Below the pieces are notes generated by a model. That model was not told the origin of the DNA, did not search any database, and saw nothing but the letters and a program-made list of their open reading frames with translations. Positions 20,940 to 29,751 of a stretch of DNA of 64,000 nucleotides are shown piece by piece (the stretch's first letter is position 1; the number at the start of each line of letters is the position of its first letter). Location: positions 773-64,772 of the forward strand of contig NWBJ01000030.1 in assembly GCA_002633115.1 (NCBI GenBank). The letters run 5' to 3'. Position numbers and translations under genes: made by a program. The DNA comes from Muribaculaceae bacterium Zag1 (GTDB taxonomy: Bacteria; Bacteroidota; Bacteroidia; Bacteroidales; Muribaculaceae).

Positions 20940-21605
20940 TTAGACTTCGAGGATGGCCGGGTTGAGGTTGCCGGGGCTGAGGTGTACGCGGCCGGGGCCA
21001 GTGATGCGAAGCATGCTGAGGCCCTCGCCACCGAATACATTCTTGAGGGACCAGGCCGAGGAGAGTTGTCCCTCGCTGATGCCCTGCAAGGCAATGATGT
21101 GATCCTCATCGACCTCAATAGTCTCGCCATAAGATAACTCTTTGGTCAGAGCTTGCCCCTTGCAATCTAGAAAGACTGTCGATGAGCCCGATATCCGCTG
21201 CAAGAAGACGCCCATGCCTCCCATTATGCCAGCAACCGATACGCGAGTGGTGACTTGCACCAGATTGTTTGAGGCCACAAACACCCCCTTGTGACATAGA
21301 ATAGATTCATTTTGCAGCTTCACCGGGAGCAACCCGAACGCGCCTCCCAACACCAGCTTCCGTGCCGAATTTGAACGATTGACATAGTGGACCAGAAATA
21401 TCGATTCGCCCGACAGCTTTGCTCCTATCAGATTGCCAATCGCGCCAAGCGCTCCCTTGTTGGAGCCGCCGCTATTCAACACCGTCTCCTTTTCCACGCC
21501 TTGCTCCAAATAGATCAGAGCGCCCTTTTGAGCATAAAATTCTTCGCCAGGCATCAATTCTACCTCAAGATGCTGGATAAAACTCCCTATCAGTTTGCAA
21601 TTCAT
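20940..21605 (-). CDS. AIM24 (TIGR00266-like) family protein
   Basis: LEVELMPGEE..AQKGA, SGESIF, GGEGL..GPGRVHL; TAAATTTG -7 box at 21641-21648. Confidence 0.8.
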   Translation of the reverse strand: MNCKLIGSFIQHLEVELMPGEEFYAQKGALIYLEQGVEKETVLNSGGSNKGALGAIGNLIGAKLSGESIFLVHYVNRSNSARKLVLGGAFGLLPVKLQNESILCHKGVFVASNNLVQVTTRVSVAGIMGGMGVFLQRISGSSTVFLDCKGQALTKELSYGETIEVDEDHIIALQGISEGQLSSAWSLKNVFGGEGLSMLRITGPGRVHLSPGNLNPAILEV

Positions 21606-21709
21606 ATCGTCAAAGTTTATAACTAATTCCTATTTCTTTGCAAATTTAACGATTTCTTCCGAAGTTTGAAATCTTCAATACCTCAAATTTGTGATATTAT
21701 GAAAATTTT

Positions 21710-21736
21710 CGGTACAGGGGACAGTCCCCTGTACCG
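21710..21736. repeat. 27-bp palindrome CGGTACAGGGGAC-A-GTCCCCTGTACCG
   Basis: 13-bp perfect arms with a 1-nt centre, between divergent genes. Confidence 0.9.
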
Positions 21737-21785
21737 GATTGAACATAAGTGAGGGAGGGGTTGTTTTGATAGAAAAAGGAAGATT

Positions 21786-22325
21786 ATGAGAGCTCTAAGA
21801 TTTGTCATATTATTGGTGGCGACTGCGATGATAGCGGCCGCTGGCTCGGGGTGCAAGGCTCTGAAGGGAAGCGAGGAATCGGCCAAGGCAGATTCCATCA
21901 ATTATGTCGTGGGCAAAGCCCTGATTGAGAATCAGACATTCCTGATGTCGGTCAACCGAGTGATGATTATGAATGTCACCATACCATCAGTAACCCCAAC
22001 TACCAATTTCATTCTTGTCATGGGCGACAAGGGCGTAGTGCAACTCTCGCCTGGCCATAGCGGTGGTCCCAACGGAGTGGGCGGCTTCACAGTCAAGGGC
22101 AACATCACCGACTACAAATACTCAGTCAACAAGAATGGCGAAGTCAACCTCCAGTTCCATCTGAGCGCCCCTATCGGCTCATGCGACGTACAAGCCACAA
22201 TGGTCAAAGGCTCGAATCGAGCCACAGCCTTTGTGCAAAGCACATTCCACCGAGGACGCACCACAATGTACGGCACCATACAACCCATCGACGACTCCTA
22301 CTTTGAGGGGCACTCGATATTCTAA
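21786..22325 (+). CDS. DUF4251-like lipoprotein
   Basis: Lipobox AGSGC; TTNFILVMGDKGVVQL..GPNGVGG pattern. Confidence 0.65.
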   Translation: MRALRFVILLVATAMIAAAGSGCKALKGSEESAKADSINYVVGKALIENQTFLMSVNRVMIMNVTIPSVTPTTNFILVMGDKGVVQLSPGHSGGPNGVGGFTVKGNITDYKYSVNKNGEVNLQFHLSAPIGSCDVQATMVKGSNRATAFVQSTFHRGRTTMYGTIQPIDDSYFEGHSIF

Positions 22326-22341
22326 CCTCGATAATTCATAA

Positions 22342-22428
22342 AAAACCACGGATTACACGGATTACACGGATCCCATCTGGGAAGTTCCCAGATGGCTTTT
22401 CCGTATAATCCGTGTAATCCGTGGTTTT
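22342..22428. repeat. 87-bp nested inverted-repeat element (REP/MITE-like; may act as bidirectional terminator)
   Basis: 23-bp perfect outer arms AAAACCACGGATTACACGGATTA; inner CCATCTGGGAA-G-TTCCCAGATGG; lies between convergent genes. Confidence 0.9.
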
Positions 22429-22455
22429 ACCTGGAAACGTAAATTTCCGAGTGGT

Positions 22456-23190
22456 TTACTCCTCGTCGTCCTCTTCTGGTTCGCGCATGTTGTGGAAGAC
22501 ATTTTGCACGTCTTCGTCATCCTCGAGTTTCTCGAGCAGCTTCATCACCGATTCGCGATCCTCGGGAGATACATCCTTCAGATCGTTGGGGATGCGCTCA
22601 AATTCAGCGCTGATGATCTCAAAGCCATTGTCCTCGAGATATTTCTGTATGCCGGCAAACTCCTCAAAGGCGCCGTACAGTACGATTTCCTCATCGTCGC
22701 CCTCCAGCTCGTCAACGCCATAGTCGATGAGCTCAAGCTCCAGGTCCTCAAGGCTGATGCCATCCTTAGGCTTGATTTTGAACACGCTCTTGTGGTCGAA
22801 CAGGAAAGTGAGCGAACCCTGAGTACCGAGGGAACCGCCATGCTTGTTGAAATATGAACGCACGTTGGCCACGGTGCGGGTATTGTTGTCGGTAGCGGCT
22901 TCGACAAAGATAGCGATGCCATGAGGGCCGTATCCCTCGTAGGTTATCTCCTTGTAATCGCTGGCATCCTTGTCGGTAGCCTTCTTGATGGCGCGCTCGA
23001 TAGTGTCCTTAGGCATATTGGCAGCCTTGGCATTCTGGAGCAGAGCGCGCAGGCGTGGATTTGACGAAGCGTCGCTACCGCCCGACTTTACGGCGATGGT
23101 GATTTCCTTGCCGATGCGGGTGAATGTGCGCGACATGTTGCCCCATCTTTTCAGTTTTCTTGCTTTGCGGTATTCAAAAGCTCTTCCCAT
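22456..23190 (-). CDS. yebC: YebC/PmpR family protein
   Basis: MGRAFEYRKARK, NPRLR, NMPKD, YEGYGPHG, TDNNTRT. Confidence 0.95.
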   Translation of the reverse strand: MGRAFEYRKARKLKRWGNMSRTFTRIGKEITIAVKSGGSDASSNPRLRALLQNAKAANMPKDTIERAIKKATDKDASDYKEITYEGYGPHGIAIFVEAATDNNTRTVANVRSYFNKHGGSLGTQGSLTFLFDHKSVFKIKPKDGISLEDLELELIDYGVDELEGDDEEIVLYGAFEEFAGIQKYLEDNGFEIISAEFERIPNDLKDVSPEDRESVMKLLEKLEDDEDVQNVFHNMREPEEDDEE

Positions 23191-23192
23191 AT

Positions 23193-23220
23193 AGTTATGA
23201 GTTATGAGTGTTGAGTTATG
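23193..23220. repeat. (CATAACT)-type heptamers x4 on the minus strand, 2 nt before the yebC ATG
   Basis: AGTTATG at 23193, 23200 and 23214; AGTGTTG at 23207. Confidence 0.8.
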
Positions 23221-23251
23221 ATTATTTTTGTTATTGTAATAGTTGGGTAGG

Positions 23252-25723
23252 TTATCTCAGCTCAGCCCCCACTCTCTTTTGGAGATTGGCGATAATCTTG
23301 GCCATGATTTGGTCGATTTGCTTGTCTTGCAGCGTCTTCTCCGGGTCTTGAATCGTCATAGCGATGGCATACGATTTCTTGCCATCGGGCAGATTCTTGC
23401 CCTCATAGACATCAAACAGGCTTACGCTCTTGAGCAGCTTCTTCTCAGCCTCGCGCACAGCTTGTTCAACCTGCTCCATTGTCACAGAGGTGTCGATGAG
23501 CAGAGCCAAGTCTCGCTTGACAGGCATCGTGCGCGGGAGCGGAGCGAAGGTCACCTTCTTGCCTGCGGCAAGCTTGACCAGAGCTGTCCAGTCAAGTTCG
23601 GCATAGAGTACCTCTTGCTTGACATCACATTCCTTAGCTACCGATTTCTTGACGATCCCCATATCGCCCAGATGCTTGCCGCTGCGTGTATCGATTGAGA
23701 GCGAAGTCTCAAAGATATCGAGCTTGCCCGGCTGCAGTGTCACCTCGCGGCTGCTGATGCCAAGACGAGCAAACACATTGGCCACAATAGCCTTAAGGTC
23801 AAAGAATGTCGATTCCTCGGTAGGACGCGCCCAGTTGCCCAGTCTTGCATTACCAGTGAGCCAGAGAGCCAGACGAGCGCCCTCGGTGTACGGTGCCAAA
23901 GGCTTCTCAATCGACGACTCTACCCCGGGGTTGAAGAAATACACATTGCCAAACTCATAGAGCAGCAGGTCGGGCATCTTGCGATTGGCATTGTGCATGA
24001 TAGTCTCCAAGCCGCCAAACAACAAGGTCTGGCGCATCACATTCAGGTCTTGGCTCAGCGGATTGAGCAGCTTGACGCAATGCGTGGCCGGATAGCTCTC
24101 AAGCGGAGCATAGTATTTCTCAGCTGTAAGTGAGTTGTTGAGTATCTCGTTGAAGCCCTCGGCAGTGAGCTGACCCGAGATTGTGCGTTGCAAATCATCC
24201 GACACATCAGTGATGGTCTTGAACGACAACGAAGAGTGCACCTCGGTGGGCATCTCCACATTGTTGTAGCCATAGATGCGCAGGATATCCTCAATCACAT
24301 CGCAGGGGCGCTTGACATCCACGCGGTAGGTCGGCACCTCAAGGCTGAGATTGCCCATATTCTGAGCCACAATCTCAATTTCAAGAGATTTAAGGATGGA
24401 ATCGACAGTAGCCTCGGGAATCTTCTTGCCAATCAGAGCATTGATATCCTCATAGCTGAGCTCGACGCTGAAGGGCGGGAACTCTCCAGCCTTGACATCA
24501 AACACCTTGCCCACGATTTCGCCGCCGGCCAATTCCTTGACCAGCAGAGCGGCCAGCTTGAGAGCGTACATGCAACCGTTGGGATCCACGCCACGCTCAA
24601 AGCGGAACGATGAGTCGGTGTTCAGCCCTTGGCGCCGAGCTGTCTTGCGCACACGGGTAGGATTGAAATAAGCGCTCTCGAGAAATACATCAACTGTATC
24701 CTCAGTCACGCCCGAATCCAAACCGCCGAACACGCCAGCGATGCACATCGGCTCCTTGCCGTTGCATATCATCAGGTCCTCGGCTGTGAGTGTGCGCTCT
24801 ACCCCATCGAGAGTGGTGAATTTTGTACCGGCAGGGCAATTGCGCACCACCACTGTGCCGTCAGCAATCTTTGAGGCATCAAAGCAATGCATCGGTTGGC
24901 CGAAAGCGTGTAGCACATAATTGGTGATATCAACCACATTGTTGATGGGTCGCACGCCTATGGCAGTGAGGCGATCCTTGAGCCATTGGGGACTCTCGGT
25001 CACCTTTACTCCCAAGATGGTAGCGCCGCAATAGCGCGGACATCCCTGGTTGTCTTCAACCTCTACGATTACACCCATAGTCTCGGGCTCATCGACTTTG
25101 AATTTCTCAACCGAAGGCTTGTGGAGCTCAGCCAGATTTGCATGGCAGCATAGCCAAGCGCTCAGGTCGCGAGCCACGCCATAATGCGAGGCGGCATCAA
25201 TGCGGTTAGGAGTAAGGTCAACCTCAAGCACATAATCGTCTGACAGGCCATAATACCGGGCTGCGGGAGTACCCGGCTCAGCCGAACCATCGGCCAGCAC
25301 TATGATGCCAGCGTGGGAATTGCCAACGCCTATCTCATCCTCGGCGCAAATCATACCGAATGATTCCACGCCACGAATCTTGGATTTCTTGATGTTGAAC
25401 TCCTTGTCGCCATCATACAGTGTGGTGCCGACAGTTGCCACAACCACTGTCTGGCCAGCGGCAACATTGGGTGCGCCGCACACAATCTGCGTGGCCTTGC
25501 CATCGCCCAAATCTACGGTAGTGATGTGCAAATGGTCGCTGTCGGGATGGTCAACGCAAGTCAGAACCTTGCCTATTACAATCCCTCGCAAACCTCCTTT
25601 AATTGATTCGACGCGCTCGACCGAACCCGTCTCCAATCCTATCGAAGTCAAAGCGGCTGCCAATTCCTCGGGAGTGAGGTCGAAATCGACATACTGCTTG
25701 AGCCAATTGTAAGATATATTCAT
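23252..25723 (-). CDS. pheT: Phenylalanine-tRNA ligase beta subunit
   Basis: MNISYNWLK, tRNA-binding OB fold (HPDSDHL, IVCGAPN), RFERG, FDX-ACB C-terminus; -7 box at 25758-25765. Confidence 0.98.
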   Translation of the reverse strand: MNISYNWLKQYVDFDLTPEELAAALTSIGLETGSVERVESIKGGLRGIVIGKVLTCVDHPDSDHLHITTVDLGDGKATQIVCGAPNVAAGQTVVVATVGTTLYDGDKEFNIKKSKIRGVESFGMICAEDEIGVGNSHAGIIVLADGSAEPGTPAARYYGLSDDYVLEVDLTPNRIDAASHYGVARDLSAWLCCHANLAELHKPSVEKFKVDEPETMGVIVEVEDNQGCPRYCGATILGVKVTESPQWLKDRLTAIGVRPINNVVDITNYVLHAFGQPMHCFDASKIADGTVVVRNCPAGTKFTTLDGVERTLTAEDLMICNGKEPMCIAGVFGGLDSGVTEDTVDVFLESAYFNPTRVRKTARRQGLNTDSSFRFERGVDPNGCMYALKLAALLVKELAGGEIVGKVFDVKAGEFPPFSVELSYEDINALIGKKIPEATVDSILKSLEIEIVAQNMGNLSLEVPTYRVDVKRPCDVIEDILRIYGYNNVEMPTEVHSSLSFKTITDVSDDLQRTISGQLTAEGFNEILNNSLTAEKYYAPLESYPATHCVKLLNPLSQDLNVMRQTLLFGGLETIMHNANRKMPDLLLYEFGNVYFFNPGVESSIEKPLAPYTEGARLALWLTGNARLGNWARPTEESTFFDLKAIVANVFARLGISSREVTLQPGKLDIFETSLSIDTRSGKHLGDMGIVKKSVAKECDVKQEVLYAELDWTALVKLAAGKKVTFAPLPRTMPVKRDLALLIDTSVTMEQVEQAVREAEKKLLKSVSLFDVYEGKNLPDGKKSYAIAMTIQDPEKTLQDKQIDQIMAKIIANLQKRVGAELR

Positions 25724-25819
25724 ATCTGTGAAACGATTGTTATTTCCTTTTAAAGCGCAAATTTACACATTTTTCCTGACACTCTCCACATTTTTCCCAC
25801 AAAAAATAATACATAACGA

Positions 25820-25859
25820 GTGCCACTCCCCTCGCCGATTAGGCGCAGGGGAGTGGCAC
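25820..25859 (-). terminator. Terminator of the orphan lipoprotein gene
   Basis: GTGCCACTCCCCT/AGGGGAGTGGCAC 13-bp stem; A run at 25801-25806 gives a U tail on the minus strand. Confidence 0.7.
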
Positions 25860-25882
25860 CAGCATTTATCCATTATTTTTTA

Positions 25883-26815
25883 TCAAAGAGAGGGAGCTGA
25901 ACTGACAGCCATCACATTGTAGGTGAAGACTGTGCCATTGTCGACATCGGTGACCTCGAGGTCGAAGGTCAGCGACATCAGGTTGGCAGTGTTTGTAGTG
26001 CCGCGCAGGTTGGTCACCTTGTAATTCTCAATCTCAACAATCGAGCTTGACGACTCTACGCGCGAGGGCACTTGTTCGTCGAGCGAGAGGCTAACCAAGC
26101 CGTTTTTGTCAATGTCGAATGCGATGCCGGTGAGCTGCAGGTCAATTGCAGTCATAGCCGATGAGAGCTGGAAATCCTCGATGATGAGCTTGGCCATGCG
26201 GTTCTCAGCCTTGTTGAGGTCGAGGGTCGAATCGCCATCGTAGAGGGTGATGTAGTAGAGAGGACGCGCGTTATCGCTCGAGCTAAAGCTCGAGCCGTCA
26301 GAGCAGCTGACCGAGGTCTCGCCGTAATTGATCAGACCAGCCGGGAACGATATGATGCTGTATCCGCTTGATGCGATTGAGTAATTGATATTCAGGCAGG
26401 GATAATAAGTCGTAGAGGTGACCATGCGGTCATATACATAGAAATTAAAAGTGGTAAAGGTGGGAGGAATCAGCGACGATGAGGGAGTAACGTTGGTAAG
26501 GCTGATGCGCTTCCAGTCGTTGACAATAGCCCAAGGCACTTGGCTGAAAGTGAGGGTACCCAGAGAGCCCGAAGGCAGAGTTAGGCCCGAAATCTGAACA
26601 TCAGCTACCATGTCGGTGTAATTGTAGGTCACTTCGTATCCCACACCTTGCTGATAGGTAGGGGTGTCGTTACCCTCTTCAAATATCACATTGAAGAAAC
26701 GTGAAAAGGTGGAGGTATAAGATAGCGAGTTATTGCTGTCGTTGCTGAGGCAGCTGGTGGTGCCGAGCAGAGCTGCTCCAGCGGCCAAGGCCATGACAAT
26801 TTTGTTGAATTTCAT
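25883..26815 (-). CDS. Uncharacterised beta-rich lipoprotein (possibly tandem calycin-like domains)
   Basis: Lipobox LLGTTSC; own -7 box (26904-26911) and terminator. Confidence 0.7.
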   Translation of the reverse strand: MKFNKIVMALAAGAALLGTTSCLSNDSNNSLSYTSTFSRFFNVIFEEGNDTPTYQQGVGYEVTYNYTDMVADVQISGLTLPSGSLGTLTFSQVPWAIVNDWKRISLTNVTPSSSLIPPTFTTFNFYVYDRMVTSTTYYPCLNINYSIASSGYSIISFPAGLINYGETSVSCSDGSSFSSSDNARPLYYITLYDGDSTLDLNKAENRMAKLIIEDFQLSSAMTAIDLQLTGIAFDIDKNGLVSLSLDEQVPSRVESSSSIVEIENYKVTNLRGTTNTANLMSLTFDLEVTDVDNGTVFTYNVMAVSSAPSL

Positions 26816-26931
26816 TTGTTGGTAGTTGTATTAATGGTTGGTTTGTTTTTCCTGTTTTGGCGGGGTATGCCTCCCCTTCTCTATTGCTGCGGCATAAACT
26901 ATACAAAATTACTCAATAATCCGTAAATGAC

Positions 26932-26967
26932 AAAAAGGCGTTAAAGATATTTATCTAAAACGCCTTT
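26932..26967 (-). terminator. Terminator after rnr-folB
   Basis: AAAGGCGTT/AACGCCTTT stem flanked by A/T runs. Confidence 0.55.
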
Positions 26968-26991
26968 AAATTCATTATTATTTGCCTTATT

Positions 26992-27354
26992 TCAAGTATT
27001 GAAATCGGCAGTGTATGTCACTGATTCCATCTCCATCGGTATCGGGGGGGCCATCTTCGACACGCTCACCGTGCCATGAGAGATTTGCCCGGGATACTCG
27101 GCACGCAGCGCCAGGATGATGCGGCCAGCCGCTGCCTCGATCAGCTTGCACGGGTGCGCCATCTCTCGCTTGATTAGCTCTGTCACCGCCGCATAGTTGA
27201 TGGTATCGGTCAAGTCGTCAGTAGCCATGGCCCGCTCGGTAGCCGGGACATCCATCGTCAGCGACACCTCAAAGATGTTGCCCACCCTGCGCTCCTGCTC
27301 CATCACCCCATGGTGACTGAGCAGGCGCAAGCGATTGATCGAAATGCGACCCAT
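26992..27354 (-). CDS. folB: Dihydroneopterin aldolase
   Basis: HHGVMEQER..GN.FEV, DTINYA, LIEAAA, VSK..PP; TGATG coupling to rnr. Confidence 0.9.
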   Translation of the reverse strand: MGRISINRLRLLSHHGVMEQERRVGNIFEVSLTMDVPATERAMATDDLTDTINYAAVTELIKREMAHPCKLIEAAAGRIILALRAEYPGQISHGTVSVSKMAPPIPMEMESVTYTADFNT

Positions 27355-29699
27355 CAGCGCTTGTTGCCTTTTGATCCGCGATGACGGCTATGCTTCACTG
27401 TCTTTTGCTGCTGCCTGGGACCTTGCTGCTCAGCATAGCTGCTGCGCTTTGCCTTGGCCTTGGGCGATGGGCGGCGCGAAGAACCTTTCTTGGACGCCGC
27501 ATCGGGATTCTTGTTGATTTCCTCGGCCAGCTTTTCGGCTTTCTTCTCAGCATCGGGTGTGCGGCCAAAGTCATCGACGATGGCAAAGTCGAGCTGCTTC
27601 TTGTCGAGATTGGCTCGGGCCACCTTGACTGTCACATTATCGCCCAAGCGATATTTGTTGTTGTGCCTGCGGCCCACGAGGCAGTAGTTGCGCTCGTCAA
27701 AGTCGTAGTAGTCATCAGCCAAATCGCGTACCGGCACCAGGCCCTCGCATTTGTTGCTGTCAAGCTCGACATACAGGCCCCACTCGGTCACACCCGAGAT
27801 GATGCCGGAGTATGTCTCGCCGAGATGGTCGGCCATAAACTCGACCTGCTTGTATTTGATAGAGGCGCGCTCGGCATTGGCTGCCAGCTGCTCCATATCA
27901 GACGAGTGCTTGCATTGCTCCTCGAGCTTCTCCTTGTTGACGCTGCGGCCTCCGCTCATATATTTCTCGAGCAGACGGTGCACCATCATATCGGGGAATC
28001 GGCGGATAGGCGAAGTGAAATGAGTGTAATACTCAAATCCCAAGCCATAGTGGCCGATGTTGTCAGTCGAATAGATTGCCTTGGCCATCGAGCGGATTGC
28101 CAGTGTCGAGAGGAAATTCTCCTCTGGCTTGCCCTTGACATCCTCAAGCATCTTATTTAGTGAGCGGTTGACCTCTTTTGAGCTGCCGCTTGATTTGATG
28201 CGGTAGCCGAATGTGCTCGACAGCGAAGCCAAGTCAGAGAGTTTGCCGGGGTCGGGCATGTCATGCACACGATAGACAAATGCCTTGGCTTTCTTCTTGG
28301 GCCCGGCCTTGCCGATAAATGTGGCGACTGTGCGGTTGGCCAGGAGCATAAACTCCTCAATGAGCTTGTTGGCATCCTTTGATTCCTTGAAGTACACTCC
28401 CGTGGGCTTGCCATTCTCGTCGATGTCAAAGCGAACCTCAACGCGGTCAAACTCGACCGAACCATTCTCATATCTCTCCTCGCGCAGGATTTTGGCCAAG
28501 CGGTCAAGCGTCAACAACTCTTCGGCAAATTCGCCTTCGCCCTTTTCGATGATCTCCTGAGCCTCTTCGTAAGCAAAGCGGCGCTGACTGCGTATCACTG
28601 TGCGCACAATCTTTGAGTTCAAGACCTTGCCATGCTCGTTCATCTCAAAGATGGTCGAGAATGTAAGCTTATCCTCATCGGGACGCAGCGAGCAGATACC
28701 GTTGCACAGATGCTCGGGCAGCATCGGCACCACGCGGTCAACCAGGTAGACCGAAGTAGCCCTCTCCTCTGCCTCGCGGTCGATGATAGTATTGGGCTTG
28801 ACATAATGGGTCACATCGGCGATGTGCACGCCTATCTCATAGTTGCCATTGGGCAGCTTGCGTATCGAGAGGGCGTCGTCAAAGTCCTTGGCATCCTTGG
28901 GGTCGATGGTGAAGGTGGGCACGCCGCGCATATCCAAGCGCTTGGCCACCTCCTCGGGTGTGATGCCATCCTTGATGCGATCGGCAGCTTTCTCGACTGC
29001 CTCGGGGTATTTATAGGGCAACCCAAACTCAGCCAGGATGGCATGTATCTCGGCGGTGTTGTCGCCAGTCTTGCCCAGGATATCGATCACCTCCCCCTTG
29101 GGATTCTTGGCATCCTCGGGCCACTCGGTGATTTTCACGATAGCCTTGTCGCCAGTCTCGCCTCCCTTGAGTTTTGCCTTAGGTATGAAAATATCAGAGG
29201 CCAAGTATTTAGAATCGGTAAGCAGATAGGCAAAATGCTTGTCAACCTGCAGCGTACCGATAAATACCTGGTCCTTCTTCTCCAGAATCTCTAATACTTC
29301 AGCCTCTGGCTCTGCTCCCTTGCGACGAGCGGCAATCGATACCAGCACGCGGTCGCCATTGAGAGCGTGCTTTGAGTTGCGCTCGGCAACGAATATGGTT
29401 TCGTCTTCATCGGTGACTACGCTGTTTTTGCCATTTGAGCGGCGCACGAATACGCCCTCAGCTGTCACGCTGCGCAGCACCGTCTTGTACACCCCTGGCG
29501 ACACCTCCACCAGGTCGCCATCGAAAGCGAGTTCAGCAAGGGCCAATGCCACTGCTTTTTGTTGCGCAGGAGCCTTAAGACCCAAGGCCGATGCCACTTG
29601 ATGATAATTGAACGTCTTGTTCTTTTGTGTCTCAACGTAAGCAAGCACCATTTCCATGGTATGCTTGCTCGGCGTGCTCTGCTTCGATGATCGAGCCAT
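27354..29699 (-). CDS. rnr: Ribonuclease R
   Basis: TIDPKDAKDFDDA, VHIADV, LIEEFML, HFTSPIRR, S1 domain, basic tail. Confidence 0.97.
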   Translation of the reverse strand: MARSSKQSTPSKHTMEMVLAYVETQKNKTFNYHQVASALGLKAPAQQKAVALALAELAFDGDLVEVSPGVYKTVLRSVTAEGVFVRRSNGKNSVVTDEDETIFVAERNSKHALNGDRVLVSIAARRKGAEPEAEVLEILEKKDQVFIGTLQVDKHFAYLLTDSKYLASDIFIPKAKLKGGETGDKAIVKITEWPEDAKNPKGEVIDILGKTGDNTAEIHAILAEFGLPYKYPEAVEKAADRIKDGITPEEVAKRLDMRGVPTFTIDPKDAKDFDDALSIRKLPNGNYEIGVHIADVTHYVKPNTIIDREAEERATSVYLVDRVVPMLPEHLCNGICSLRPDEDKLTFSTIFEMNEHGKVLNSKIVRTVIRSQRRFAYEEAQEIIEKGEGEFAEELLTLDRLAKILREERYENGSVEFDRVEVRFDIDENGKPTGVYFKESKDANKLIEEFMLLANRTVATFIGKAGPKKKAKAFVYRVHDMPDPGKLSDLASLSSTFGYRIKSSGSSKEVNRSLNKMLEDVKGKPEENFLSTLAIRSMAKAIYSTDNIGHYGLGFEYYTHFTSPIRRFPDMMVHRLLEKYMSGGRSVNKEKLEEQCKHSSDMEQLAANAERASIKYKQVEFMADHLGETYSGIISGVTEWGLYVELDSNKCEGLVPVRDLADDYYDFDERNYCLVGRRHNNKYRLGDNVTVKVARANLDKKQLDFAIVDDFGRTPDAEKKAEKLAEEINKNPDAASKKGSSRRPSPKAKAKRSSYAEQQGPRQQQKTVKHSRHRGSKGNKR

Positions 29700-29751
29700 A
29701 GTGAATACGTGTTGTTAAGGGTGTTGAGTGTTGCGTTTTTGCGCTGACGGG

